Of a stretch of DNA of 64,000 nucleotides, positions 40,153-50,756 are shown in pieces; the first letter of the stretch is position 1; each line of letters begins with the position of its first letter. The notes under the pieces were generated by a model. The model saw only the letters and a list, made by a program, of their open reading frames with translations, was not told the origin of the DNA and did no database searches. The DNA comes from Candidatus Culexmicrobium cathedralense (GTDB lineage: Archaea; Thermoproteota; Methanomethylicia; Culexarchaeales; Culexmicrobiaceae). The position numbers and the translations under genes are program-made. The stretch covers positions 64,001 through 128,000 of the forward strand of contig JANZKC010000004.1 of NCBI GenBank assembly GCA_025061115.1. Reading direction: 5' to 3'.

Positions 40153-40308
40153 TGGTGCGGGGGGTGGGATTCGAACCCACGCAGGCTTGCGCTGCCACCG
40201 GCATGATGCCAACCGGCAGCATCTACGCCACGGGATGGCTTATCTGGCCCCCGTGGTTGGGACTCGATCTTAAGTCCCGCGCCTTTGTCCTGACTCGGCC
40301 ACCCCCGC
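40153..40308 (-). tRNA. tRNA-Leu(TAA) with two introns: 32 nt at 37/38 (40237-40268) and 36 nt in the variable arm (40187-40222)
   Basis: Removing both gives an 88-nt class II tRNA with variable arm TGGCGTAGGCCTGC; both junctions form bulge-helix-bulge-type motifs. Confidence 0.92.
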
Positions 40309-40641
40309 GCTGTGCTATTTTAGTGTTATTTGTGGGTATTAATTTTTCTTTAATTTTGTTGTGTGGTGGAAGTGGGTGATTGCTACTTGCGGGTTTGGTG
40401 GGCTTTGTGCTTGTGGTATTTTGGATAGGTGATGGAAAGTTATGGGGTTGTTCTTAAGGGTTAGGCGCTTTAAAATGTGGACGGGCATCGGCTTTAGGGG
40501 AGTGTTATGCCTCTTGATGCTGAGCAATTATGTGAAGTGTTATGACGTAAATATGGTAATTGATACTAAGTCGGTTAAGTATTTATAATTATCATGTAAA
40601 GATTCCGTAATAGTAAAGCTGACTTAATTGAGAGGCGTAAT

Positions 40642-41279
40642 ATGAGTAATCTACATGGTTCCTCAGATTTTAGTGTTTCTGGGAAGGATGCGCTTATTGA
40701 AGGTCTTACGCTTCTTAAGGATGCTGCCCTATTGATGATTGTGTCGTCTCTTGCTGCGGGTTTAAGTGCGCTGACTGCTCTCTTTGGTTGGTGGGCTATG
40801 GTTCCCCATTTGCGCTTGATGCCGCTTATGCCGCTTGCAGGCTTTGGATGGGTCGTGATTATGGCTGTCGTTGCAGTAGTTGGAGCGATTATAGGTCTTT
40901 ATGCGTTGTTTGGTAAGCTCGTGCCTTCAACGGCGAAGCTTGCCGAGTATGATCCTGAATTCTCAATTAGTGCTACTCTTATCAAGGTGGGCTATGTGGG
41001 TGGCTTTATCCTTCTAGTATTGGGGTTCATCACTCTTATTCTGCTTATAGGGTTTTTCGTACTGATAGTGGCTGCAATATTTTTACTAATTGGAAGTATA
41101 GGGTTGCTCTACTATCCATTAAAATGCATAGCAAATTTGACTCAACAGTATTCTTAGTGGCGGGTATACTCTTCATTATAGGTATATTCATACCAGTAGT
41201 AAAGTTCATAGCGTGGATACTGGTGTATGCGGAATCAGGTACGTTAATAGGAAAACTACTTCATGGAAGCATTACTTAG
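40642..41279 (+). pseudogene. DUF973-like membrane protein with a frameshift near 41108
   Basis: Hydrophobic C-terminus (VFLVAGILFIIGIFIPVVKFIAWILVY) continues in the -1 frame to stop 41279. Confidence 0.75.
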
Positions 41280-41431
41280 AGTTAATCAGCTACTTCCTCA
41301 TAAACGCTTGGCTAGTGACTTTATTACGTTATTCTCCATGTTGTTAACCGGCGAACCTATGCCTTTAACAGATTCGCCTTGCTGGTAATTTGTTAGTTTT
41401 AGCCGATCTAGTGCAGGTGTAGTACGTGGTA

Positions 41432-41508
41432 TGGCGGGCCCGGTGGGATTCGAACCCACGACCTCTGGCTCCGAAGGCCAGCGCTCTATCCAGCTAAGCT
41501 ACGGGCCC
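41432..41508 (-). tRNA. tRNA-Arg(TCG)
   Basis: CTGGC-CTTCGGA-GCCAG anticodon arm, encoded CCA. Confidence 0.97.
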
Positions 41509-41560
41509 TACTTTTCACTGTTTGAGTGGATTGCTGGAGTTTAAAGTTTTCTTGTGGTTT

Positions 41561-42784
41561 TTAGATTTCTCCGACTGCTTCGTCTTCGTCTAGTATTAGT
41601 CTCATGGTGTCTGGGTCTGGGGGCATTAGGTCTAGGAATTGTTCTGCTGCTCTTCTTGGGTCTCTGCTTCTAATTATGTATCGCCCTACTACTATTATGT
41701 CTGCTCCTCCTTCTAGAGCTTTCTTGGCCGTTTTAGGCGTTATTCCCCCTGCTACTCCTACGAGGCATTTGAATTTCTCCTTTATCTCCCTGATGTTGCC
41801 CCACTCTGTTTCCCATGGTTTTCCTGCTTCTGCAGCTGCTCTTTCTGCATCTACGTTTCTGTGGAGTAGGACTATGTCGGGCTTGTAGTATAGGGTTTCT
41901 AGCCTTGCTATTGGGTCTGGGACTTCCATCATGTCTAGAATGGAGTATATTCCCTGCTTTTGGGCTTCCAGTATTGCTTTTTCTATTGTTGCTTTTGATG
42001 ATACTCCTAGAATGCATACTGCGTCTGCAGTTGAGTCCGCGGCTTTCTTAACTTCTATCCTCCCCACGTCCATCGTTTTCAAGTCTGCAATTATGAATGC
42101 TTCCGGCCTAACTTCCCTTATCTTCTCGATAACCTTTGTTCCATGAGCTTTTATCAGTGGAGTTCCAGCTTCTAGTATTAGTCTCTCCCTATTGGGGAGC
42201 TGCTCTACTATTTTTATTAGGTAGTCGAGCTTGTCTAGGTCTAGTGCCACTTGCAGGTAGGGCGGATTCCACAGTCTTTGAACTCTAAATCCCATTATTG
42301 GGTGGACGCCCCTATCCTTTTCCCTCAAAACTTTATCTACGCTTGGATAGCCTTTCAAGGCTCTTCTTATGGCTAGCTTGGTTGCTCCATAGTTGAACTG
42401 GTAAATTTTCCTGTAGTTTTTGGCGTTTGGGTGGACGAAGACTGATGCTATGATAACCCAGTCCTCGCACTTTTCCTTGGGAATTATTCCTTCAGCGACG
42501 GCGTCGGCTACCGCTCTGGCAACTGCGGTTTGAGCCGGCCCGAAAATCTTGTTTGCATCTTCAAGACTTCTTATGGTTACCTTCGGAATGACGATCGTGC
42601 TAGGCTTAACAGCTAAGTTTGGGCGAATAACCGCTAATAGGGGAGTGTGACCAGCAGATAATTGTGAGAGTGCATTTGCGAAGGCTATTCCAGCAGGCCC
42701 ATTCTTGCTGCCTATAATTAGATCTACGTGGGCAACCTCATCTCCAGAGCCGATTAGTGCTTCGCCAACATAAAATTCATCCAA
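41561..42784 (-). CDS. fae-hps: Bifunctional formaldehyde-activating enzyme / 3-hexulose-6-phosphate synthase
   Basis: Fae domain ([31 protein letters not shown]) fused to HPS domain ([20 protein letters not shown]). Confidence 0.95.
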   Translation of the reverse strand: MDEFYVGEALIGSGDEVAHVDLIIGSKNGPAGIAFANALSQLSAGHTPLLAVIRPNLAVKPSTIVIPKVTIRSLEDANKIFGPAQTAVARAVADAVAEGIIPKEKCEDWVIIASVFVHPNAKNYRKIYQFNYGATKLAIRRALKGYPSVDKVLREKDRGVHPIMGFRVQRLWNPPYLQVALDLDKLDYLIKIVEQLPNRERLILEAGTPLIKAHGTKVIEKIREVRPEAFIIADLKTMDVGRIEVKKAADSTADAVCILGVSSKATIEKAILEAQKQGIYSILDMMEVPDPIARLETLYYKPDIVLLHRNVDAERAAAEAGKPWETEWGNIREIKEKFKCLVGVAGGITPKTAKKALEGGADIIVVGRYIIRSRDPRRAAEQFLDLMPPDPDTMRLILDEDEAVGEI

Positions 42785-42864
42785 ACTTTTAAACCCCCAA
42801 CATCATTTAAGGAAAAACATGTTAAATACTGTTTGCTAGTGCTTGAGAAGAGGATTATGGTGGG

Positions 42865-42998
42865 TGGTCCCGCCGGCCGGATTTGAACCGGCGACCCCCC
42901 GGTTTCTACAGCTGACGCGCGTTCACGCAGGGCATTCATGCCCAGTCACGCGCGCGCAAGTGCTACAGCCGGGTGCTCTACCACTGAGCTACGGCGGG
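42865..42998 (-). tRNA. tRNA-Tyr(GTA) with 59-nt intron at 37/38 (42904-42962)
   Basis: C1:G72 acceptor CCCGCCG, CT-GTA-G, hairpin-forming intron, 75 nt after splicing, encoded CCA. Confidence 0.95.
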
Positions 42999-43091
42999 CA
43001 GCTTTCCTCCTTTAAATTTGCTCTCAAGGGTTTAAATTTTTCTCAATAACCTAATGTATATTAGCTTAATAGTATTTAGGTCGGTGAACCT

Positions 43092-44477
43092 ATGGGTAGT
43101 CGGCTAGATGCGTTCTTCTACGCTGAAAGCGTAGCGGTTATTGGAGCTTCTAGGGAGCCTGGAAAAATAGGTCATGAAATTTTGAGAAGCCTAATTGAAA
43201 GCGGATTTAAGGGGAAAGTGTACCCTGTAAATCCAAAGTACGATGAAGTTTTGGGTTTGAAGTGCTATGGAAGTGTGCTTGAAATTCCAGATAAAGTGGA
43301 TTTGGCCGTTTTCGCAATACCTGCCCGGCTTGTCCCTAGAGTTGCTGATGAGTGCGGCCGAAAGGGAGTGAAGGCAATGGTAGTTGTTTCTGGAGGATTT
43401 AGGGAAGCTGGAGATAAGGGGGAGAAGCTTCAGGAACAACTCGTATCTACGGCGGAGAAGTATGGAATGAGAGTTATAGGGCCAAACTGCATTGGAATCT
43501 ACAATCCATATACTGGAATAGACACGTTCTTCCAATCTCACGAGAGAATGATTAGGCCTCCGCCAGGAAGCATAGCCTTCCTAACTCAAAGCGGAACTTA
43601 TGGCTGCACGGTTTTAGAGTGGCTTGCTCAGGAGGGTATAGGTGTTAGTAAATTTGTAAGCTATGGCAACATGGCGGATGTGGATGAAGCTGAGCTCATA
43701 AGCTACCTTGCTGAGGATCCCAAGACAAGCCTAATAGCATTCTACATGGAAAGCATTAAGAGCGGAAGGAGATTCATAGAGGCTGCAGCCAAGGCATCTG
43801 CTAAAAAGCCAATCGTGGTTTTGAAGTCGGGGAGAACTCGCGCAGGAATTAAAGCAGCATTATTCCATACGGGCAGAATGGCTGGGCGCTACGAGATTGT
43901 TAAGGCAGCGCTAAGAAAAGCCAAGGTCATCCAGGTGGAGACCATAGAGGAGCTCTACGACGCAATGAAGATTCTGGCCATGGCTCCACCTCCGAGAGGT
44001 GAGGGAATGGCGATGATAACTAATGGGGCAGGCCCATGCGTTATGGCGGCGGACGCAGCGGAGCAATATGGCGTCAAGCTGGCAACATATGCTGAAGAGA
44101 CCATTGAGAAGTTGAGGAGTAGGCTGCCGCCATACGCGCTAATAGGGAATCCAGTAGACTTGACGGGGAGCGCAACCACCAAAGACTACCTGAATGCAGG
44201 TGAAGCTCTTCTGGAGGATCCAAACGTGAACATACTGGCGCTGTTCTTCGTATTTCAAGACACTCCGCTTGAAGACGAAGTGGTTTATGAGGTCGCCAAG
44301 CTCAGGAAGTATGGGAAGCCCATAGTGGCCATGGCGGCTGGAGGGCCGTACACGCACCGGCAAATTAAAAAGCTGCAGGAAAACGGCATTCCAACATTTC
44401 CGACACCGGAAAGACTTGTAAAAGCAGTAAAGCACTTCACAACTTATCACTTAAAAATAAAACAAATAACAAGGTAA
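43092..44477 (+). CDS. Acetate-CoA ligase (ADP-forming) alpha subunit family
   Basis: VAVIGAS, GPNCIG, QSG, KSGRT..G..AA..HTG, NPVDL. Confidence 0.92.
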   Translation: MGSRLDAFFYAESVAVIGASREPGKIGHEILRSLIESGFKGKVYPVNPKYDEVLGLKCYGSVLEIPDKVDLAVFAIPARLVPRVADECGRKGVKAMVVVSGGFREAGDKGEKLQEQLVSTAEKYGMRVIGPNCIGIYNPYTGIDTFFQSHERMIRPPPGSIAFLTQSGTYGCTVLEWLAQEGIGVSKFVSYGNMADVDEAELISYLAEDPKTSLIAFYMESIKSGRRFIEAAAKASAKKPIVVLKSGRTRAGIKAALFHTGRMAGRYEIVKAALRKAKVIQVETIEELYDAMKILAMAPPPRGEGMAMITNGAGPCVMAADAAEQYGVKLATYAEETIEKLRSRLPPYALIGNPVDLTGSATTKDYLNAGEALLEDPNVNILALFFVFQDTPLEDEVVYEVAKLRKYGKPIVAMAAGGPYTHRQIKKLQENGIPTFPTPERLVKAVKHFTTYHLKIKQITR

Positions 44478-44512
44478 AAATAAGAATTAAAGCATAAGTG
44501 AAGTGAGAAACC

Positions 44513-44707
44513 ATGACCGCGCAGGAAAAGGAAGCTCACTATAAGTTGAGCATAATTCTACTCTTATTTGGAGGATTCATACTTCTTTCATCAAAAATAC
44601 TTGAGTGGAAGACATGGTTTCACTTCACGCTCGCTTTAGGCCTGACATGCTTAATAGCGGGGCTAATAATTGGGATATCAAGCACCTACCCTGCGAAGGA
44701 GAGGTAG
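44513..44707 (+). CDS. Small two-TM membrane protein
   Basis: Two hydrophobic helices in 64 aa. Confidence 0.6.
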   Translation: MTAQEKEAHYKLSIILLLFGGFILLSSKILEWKTWFHFTLALGLTCLIAGLIIGISSTYPAKER

Positions 44708-44803
44708 CTGCAACTTAGCAAGCAAACCTCAATTGGTAGCAATCCTAAAATTACTGCTTAAAGGCGCGTTTAGCAGGCATTCACTTAAATTTAATTGATT
44801 TGT

Positions 44804-44880
<77 letters not shown>

Positions 44881-44973
44881 GCACCCTAAAACCATAAGTC
44901 GCTTGACACTTATATTTTTCACTTATCCATCGCTTATAATGTAGTTCCTCGATTTTGATTCCGATACTTACTT

Positions 44974-45306
44974 GTAATTCTAGCATTACGCGCCGCTTCG
45001 CTCGAAAGGTATCATGGACATCCAATTGCTAAGGGCATTGCTAGGAAAGCTCAGGAAATGTCCCTTAATCTTCTCGATGTTGATGGCTTCAAAGCATTGC
45101 TCGGCAGGGGAATTCGGGGCGTCATTGGCGGTAGAGAGGTGAAGGTTGTAGGTCCAGGGTACTTGAGAGAGCTCAAATTGAAAGTGGAGCTGGAAGAGGT
45201 TAGGAGAATTTTGGAGGAAGGTAAAACCATAGTCTTCCTATTGGTGTATGATGAGTTGGCTGCGCTTTTAGTCATGGATGCAAGGCTTGGCATTCAAGGT
45301 TCTTAG
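44974..45306 (+). pseudogene. Remnant of a P1B heavy-metal (CopA/CopB-like) ATPase nucleotide-binding domain
   Basis: In-frame AASLERYHGHPIAKGI..GRGIRG..VVGPGYL..GKTIVF; rest of the gene absent. Confidence 0.8.
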
Positions 45307-45311
45307 CGAAT

Positions 45312-45821
45312 TTGATAATTATCCCTGCATGCCTACTTCTGGAGTTCCATTTCTTGTGGCAGCTTGTAAATTGGGCTTTAAATTTGACCTTGAAGCCGAG
45401 GGATTTGCTCGTGCCGGCATTCGTTTTGATCGGCGGATTGACGACGATGGTGAGCATGACGGTAATTTCCTGGATCTCCACCGGGGAACCTCCTTGGCGC
45501 AGCGGGGCATATAGTAGGTTTAAAGGAGCTTTGATTGCGCTTTCAATATCATTGATCATGTTTGGCGCAGCTTTGTTTACGGCTTTTGTTTGCCTCCGCT
45601 ATGAACTTTATTTGGCTGATAGGCAAGACTTCCAGGAGCTATATGTTGAGGATCCATTTGGAGCGGATGAGATTAAGAAGAGAGCTCTCCTCTACGTTTC
45701 GGCTCCTCTAACTTTATTGAGCAGTACGACTATGGTTGTGCTTGCAATTGCATTCCAGCTATTATATTTCTCACCTAAAATTTTGGATGCCATATGGAGA
45801 TCATTGAACTTTCGAATTTAA
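45312..45821 (+). CDS. Hypothetical membrane protein
   Basis: Three to four hydrophobic segments; start uncertain. Confidence 0.55.
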   Translation: MIIIPACLLLEFHFLWQLVNWALNLTLKPRDLLVPAFVLIGGLTTMVSMTVISWISTGEPPWRSGAYSRFKGALIALSISLIMFGAALFTAFVCLRYELYLADRQDFQELYVEDPFGADEIKKRALLYVSAPLTLLSSTTMVVLAIAFQLLYFSPKILDAIWRSLNFRI

Positions 45822-45884
45822 ATGCGGTTCAGCGCTTCAAATCCACTAGGTTTAAGAATTTCAGTATGAGTATTTCATGAGACC

Positions 45885-46198
45885 ATGAAGATTAGAAATG
45901 GGCATATCGCTTTACTGGGAATAGCTTCTCAGTTAATTGTAGGGTTTTTGCTGCTTATTGGAGGAAGAGAATTAGGCGGTTGGGGAGGCTTCGCACTTAT
46001 TCTTGAAGGCAGCGTCTTAAGGGTTGCATCGCTCATGGGGGTTTTACCGGCAGTTCTCCTATACTATGAGAGGACGAGGATGTTGGGCGCAATAATAAGT
46101 ATTGTACTTGGCATTTTAGGTATGGCGTTTAGCGTGGGTTCATTGTTGGAATATTCATGGTTGTAGCTGGAATACTGAACCTATCAATGGGGATGTAG
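45885..46198 (+). pseudogene. Small membrane protein with probable frameshift near 46138
   Basis: Final TM helix GFIVGIFMVVAGILNLSMGM continues in the -1 frame after a G run. Confidence 0.6.
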
Positions 46199-46227
46199 CA
46201 ATTAAGTCATGGCAATTAACTTTATTA

Positions 46228-47406
46228 TTGCATTTGAGTGATAGTTTTAGCGTGTCGATTGAGAGGTTTGCTAGGAAGGAGCTTCTCGCTATTCCGAGTA
46301 GAGCTAGGGTTCCATTAACTTCTGAAGTTATTAACTTGGGGGCAGGTGACCCGGACTTCAATCAGCCTAAATTTATAGCTGACGCCGTGGCTAAGGCGAT
46401 TTTGGAGGGCTACACTCACTACGTCTTTGGCGGTGATCCTGAATTTAAATGCGCGATAGCCAACTACTATGCAAAGTACGGCGTTGAGGTGGATCCTCAA
46501 AGGCAAATTCTGTTGACTTCTGGAGCTTCCCAAGCTATTTTCCGAGTTTTAGCTGCAATAATAAATCCTGGAGATCAAGTTGTGCTTCTGAATCCGACGT
46601 TTATGGGATACCTCAATCGAGTAAAGTACTTTGGCGGGGAAGTGGTTAGAGCTCCAATGAGGAAGACTGAAGATGGCTACTTCAGGCCGAGCATAGAGAG
46701 CATTGAAGAGGCGATTACAAGTAGAACTAAGCTTCTAATAATATGCAATCCAGATAATCCAACTGGCTGCGTATACTCTAGGGAGGAGCTTGAGGAGATT
46801 GCTAAGCTGGCAGTTGAGCATGACCTCCTTGTAATGTCAGATGAAATATATACTGAATTTATTTGGTGCGATAGAAGCCACACCACAATAATGTCAATTC
46901 CAGGCATGGAGGAGCGCTCAATCGTGGTGATGAGCTTCTCAAAAATGTTCGCGTGGACTGGCTTAAGAGTTGGCTTCATAATTTCAAGCCCGGAGCTGAT
47001 AAGCTTAATCAAGCGGGTGCCCATAGGCATATGCTCAATACCCGTGCCATTTCAGAGGGCAGGGATAGTGGCGCTAAAGGAGGGCTGGGGCTTCGTGGAC
47101 ATGATGAGAAGTGAATACTTGAAGCGAATAGATTATTGCGTAAAAAGGCTGAATGAAATGCCTGGGGCACAGTGCGTAAAGCCGGAAGCAACATTCTACC
47201 TATTCCCCGACATTTCAGCTACAGGATTGAGCTCCAAGGAGTACTGTGAAAAGCTGCTTAGGGAGGAGAAGGTCCTAGTAACTCCTGGCTCAAATTATGG
47301 GGAAATGGGGGAAGGACATGTAAGAATAGCGCTCGTCAAGCCAATGAGCATCCTTGAAGATGCAATGAACAGAATTGAGAGATTTACGCGCAAATACTGC
47401 AGTTGA
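46228..47406 (+). CDS. Class I/II PLP aminotransferase
   Basis: GDPDF, NPDNPTG, SDEIY, SFSKMFAWTGLRVG. Confidence 0.95.
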   Translation: MHLSDSFSVSIERFARKELLAIPSRARVPLTSEVINLGAGDPDFNQPKFIADAVAKAILEGYTHYVFGGDPEFKCAIANYYAKYGVEVDPQRQILLTSGASQAIFRVLAAIINPGDQVVLLNPTFMGYLNRVKYFGGEVVRAPMRKTEDGYFRPSIESIEEAITSRTKLLIICNPDNPTGCVYSREELEEIAKLAVEHDLLVMSDEIYTEFIWCDRSHTTIMSIPGMEERSIVVMSFSKMFAWTGLRVGFIISSPELISLIKRVPIGICSIPVPFQRAGIVALKEGWGFVDMMRSEYLKRIDYCVKRLNEMPGAQCVKPEATFYLFPDISATGLSSKEYCEKLLREEKVLVTPGSNYGEMGEGHVRIALVKPMSILEDAMNRIERFTRKYCS

Positions 47407-47575
47407 AGCCATTGCTATAGGTGGTAAAAGTTCCTAGCGAGCTCAGCTTAGGTTAAGGCACATGTTTTTAGGCCTCAATGCTCAATTATTCAGCCTCAAT
47501 ATTATGGACTTGAAGCCTCCTTTCATCTAACTCTCATGTTGGGAAACTTTATTTTACAACAAGATCCAATGTAGT

Positions 47576-49240
47576 TTGAGGTCCTTTGCGGAGGCATTTT
47601 ACTTGGGTGCTCATGAATCCAAGAAAAATTTGTCGCGTTGGATTAAAACGTCAGTACTGCTTTTAATAGTATTCTCCATTGGAATTGCCTTGGGATTATG
47701 CTTCTCCACCCAAATCCCCCAGATATTTAAGCCAGCCGCCGCCAAGGAGCCCATTATTGGGATAATCAGTATTTACGGATACATGATTACTGATGCTGAA
47801 AGAGATCTATACGTGAATTCCATTCTCTACGCCTATAGAAATGAGTCCGTAGCTGGAATTGTTCTTAGAGTCGATTCGCCTGGAGGATATGCCTCAATCG
47901 TCGAGGACATCTATAATGCACTTAGACTTCTCGACGCTAAAAAGCCTGTCATTGCAATAGTTGAAGGCATTGCAGCTTCAGGCGGATATTACGTTTGCCT
48001 TGGAGCTAGGGAAATCTACTCTCTTCCAACAGCTTTTATCGGTAATATTGGAGTTATAATGAGGCAGCCCTACCTGGTGATTCCATCCGAGGATGTCATT
48101 GAAACTGGCCCCTACAAGTATACTGGCCTATCCTTAAAGGAGACGCCTTTCATTGTGAAAAGAGCGCTGGACAATTTTATGGGAGCCGTGGTTGAAGGTA
48201 GGGGCGACAGGTTAAATGCAACCCTTGGGGAATTGTCTTTAGGTAAGCTCTATTTGGGCGATGACGCAACTAAACTTGGGCTGATCGATGGGTATGGATC
48301 TCTCCTGGATGTTATCAATAGGGTTTCGAGCTTAGCTAATGTTACCAAGTACAGAACTGTTGACTTAACTGCCCTTCTAAGGGCTAACGTATCTTCACTT
48401 TTAGGCCGGACGCTATGGGGGGAGGGAAAGCTAATTTCCATCGAATTAATGGGTAAATTGCAGCCTGAACCATTGGGCGTCTATTACATCTCGCCATACT
48501 ACGTTAAGGCGTACGGCTTCATTGGTGAAGAGCTGGGCTACATGTCATCCAGAGTTTTCACCTCAAGCTTGCAAGCTAATTTCAGCTTTGTTGAGGGGAA
48601 TTTTGCTTTAGTGGACGTGTCGCATGGAAATCTATTCACATATGAAATTTTAGGAACGCTTTGGGGTAAACTGGTTTCAAATGGCCTGAAAATACTGTTT
48701 GCCGATATAATATCGCTGGGGGAGATGATGGCTCAGCAAATTCCCAAGGCGCTAATAGTGATCTGTCCAAGTACGAGCTATGACTCGTATGAAATCAGCA
48801 TTGTCAGGAATTACGTTGACCTTGGAGGTAAGCTAATATTGATTTACGACCCTTCGATGGTGTCGTCAATGTTTATTAACAGTTTAGCTCAAGAGTTCGG
48901 CATCTACTTTTCAGACGGCTACCTATATGATCTCAAGAACAATTATGGAGTTTACAGAAACATCGTATTGAGAAGATTCGCGGAGCACAGCTTAGTTTCA
49001 AACGTAAATGAATTGACGCTTTTCACTGCGGCTCACATATATGGAGGAAAATTGAAGATCGCGACAACATCCAATGATTCATACTTATCCCTAACTGAAA
49101 TGGCGGGCAGCTACTCCCCAATAGTTGCAGCTGATAATGTAATAGCAATTGGAGATTTAACTTTCCTACTAGACCCATTCCACGATATTAGCGATAACGA
49201 CATGTTCCTTGATAACTTGGTGAAATTCATTAAGGCGTAA
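47576..49240 (+). CDS. S49 (SppA-like) peptidase fused to a C-terminal DUF4350/GATase-like domain
   Basis: TM anchor, DSPGG, AASGGYY, GNIGV, TGPYK; C-terminal DVSHGN..YVDLGGKLIL. Confidence 0.85.
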   Translation: MRSFAEAFYLGAHESKKNLSRWIKTSVLLLIVFSIGIALGLCFSTQIPQIFKPAAAKEPIIGIISIYGYMITDAERDLYVNSILYAYRNESVAGIVLRVDSPGGYASIVEDIYNALRLLDAKKPVIAIVEGIAASGGYYVCLGAREIYSLPTAFIGNIGVIMRQPYLVIPSEDVIETGPYKYTGLSLKETPFIVKRALDNFMGAVVEGRGDRLNATLGELSLGKLYLGDDATKLGLIDGYGSLLDVINRVSSLANVTKYRTVDLTALLRANVSSLLGRTLWGEGKLISIELMGKLQPEPLGVYYISPYYVKAYGFIGEELGYMSSRVFTSSLQANFSFVEGNFALVDVSHGNLFTYEILGTLWGKLVSNGLKILFADIISLGEMMAQQIPKALIVICPSTSYDSYEISIVRNYVDLGGKLILIYDPSMVSSMFINSLAQEFGIYFSDGYLYDLKNNYGVYRNIVLRRFAEHSLVSNVNELTLFTAAHIYGGKLKIATTSNDSYLSLTEMAGSYSPIVAADNVIAIGDLTFLLDPFHDISDNDMFLDNLVKFIKA

Positions 49241-49448
49241 TTTCAATTTATTTTCATGCTTTAATATGCTGCTTTGCCTATCGAATGCTATGAAGTGCAG
49301 TGGATAGGAGATTGCTTAACTGAAATATGGATTGTGACGTGATGAATTGCATGTGGCATAATGTAGAATTGCCCATTTGAACTGCACTACGCCCCTCACT
49401 GAAAAATATATTAAATCTGGAATGACAGAATTCACTTGGTGTATATAA

Positions 49449-50165
49449 ATGAGTTTTCTAAGGAAGAATCTTAAAGAAGCATTAAAAAACCTATATGAAA
49501 TACCTATTTCAAAAGGTGAAGTAGCGCTTCTATACTTAAAATATTCTGGAGTTATTGTGAGAACTGAAAGTAGCGTATTTGCATTTGATCCAGCAGACCT
49601 GCTGGGTAAAGATGAGGTAGATTTGCTGCTCAAACTTGATGCATTAATTTACACTCATGGACACACCGACCACTACAATAAAATTGTTGCAAAGCTAATT
49701 CACTCAAAAACTGGAGCTCACGTAATTGCAGAGCCACTGGTCGCCAGGGATTTAATGGATGTAATTCCAAGTGGAAAGTTGATTTTGGCATCCCCGGGAA
49801 ATGTTTACGATTTAGGCAAGTTCAAGGTAACCCCGATTAAGGGACTGCATAGGGGACCCATAAACCTATACTTGATCGAGGGTGAAGACTTAACAATATT
49901 TCATGGAGGAGATTCAGCCTACGTTCCACTTGAAAGTTATAGGGCTGACCTAGCCATGGTCCCAACTGGAACTCCATCTCCAACGGCTTCTCCTCAAGAC
50001 GCTTTCAAAATGGTATCAGCATTAAAGCCAAAAGCTGCGGCGGCATTCCACGGATCCAAACATGAACACCAGGAATTCATAGATCTGGTCAAGAGAAATC
50101 TACCTCAAGTCAAAGCTATTGCACTAGAAGAGAAGAAGCTCATGAAATTACAGGTAGGGCAGTGA
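49449..50165 (+). CDS. MBL-fold metallo-hydrolase
   Basis: THGHTDH, FHGGDS. Confidence 0.88.
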   Translation: MSFLRKNLKEALKNLYEIPISKGEVALLYLKYSGVIVRTESSVFAFDPADLLGKDEVDLLLKLDALIYTHGHTDHYNKIVAKLIHSKTGAHVIAEPLVARDLMDVIPSGKLILASPGNVYDLGKFKVTPIKGLHRGPINLYLIEGEDLTIFHGGDSAYVPLESYRADLAMVPTGTPSPTASPQDAFKMVSALKPKAAAAFHGSKHEHQEFIDLVKRNLPQVKAIALEEKKLMKLQVGQ

Positions 50166-50288
50166 GGGCTAAGTAACTGATCAAAGTGAATAATCAATTA
50201 AGCGGCTATTGAAAGCGTTAACTAGAGCGTCATCGAAAAGTCAATCAGAATATATTAACTACAGCAAAGCATATGGAGATGGTGGAAA

Positions 50289-50756
50289 TTGATAATAATT
50301 AAGTATGGAGAGGAAAGATTCAGCCCTCTACACGTGGCACTAATTTTAGCGCTCAAAAGAGGCCCCATGAAAACCTCTCAACTACTCAAATTCATGAGGA
50401 GCTTAGGATTTCACGCTAGAAGCTCATTCTACGCGGCATTATCAGAGCTCGAAAGAAGAGGGTATATATCTAGGGAGAGGATGCCAGGAGCCACCGTAAG
50501 TTGCACTTTAACTCGGAAGGGTGCAATAGCAGCTGCCGAGCTTCCCAGAATTTTGAAGGATAGGATTGAGCCCATGTTGAGGTACATTTCACTAATAGCG
50601 CAGGTTTGTGAGCCGATGCTGGACTTTAAGGGGATGTCCATTGCGGAGGAACTTGAAGATTTGGATGACATGTTAAGCTATAGGGAGTTTTTAGTGAGGG
50701 AGCTCAATATTATTGAGAGGAAACTGAAAAGATGGAAGAAAATTGAGATTGAATAA
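50289..50756 (+). CDS. PadR-like winged-helix regulator
   Basis: SSFYAALSELERRGYI, LTRKG, C-terminal coiled helix. Confidence 0.78.
   Translation: MIIIKYGEERFSPLHVALILALKRGPMKTSQLLKFMRSLGFHARSSFYAALSELERRGYISRERMPGATVSCTLTRKGAIAAAELPRILKDRIEPMLRYISLIAQVCEPMLDFKGMSIAEELEDLDDMLSYREFLVRELNIIERKLKRWKKIEIE

Noticed and set aside
40310-40640. GT-rich stretch and minus-strand 62-aa ORF
   Set aside because: Local strand bias like that at other gene ends in this window; no repeat unit or protein motif
40019-41310. 12-mer CATAAACGCTTG at 40019-40030 and 41299-41310, each about 122 nt beyond a tRNA 3' end
   Set aside because: Many 12-mer repeats are expected by chance in 64 kb, flanks do not align and the other tRNAs lack it
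49290-49390. GTGATGA with weak D-like boxes and an 8-bp inverted repeat
   Set aside because: No CTGA box, no terminal stem and no identifiable target, so not called a C/D RNA
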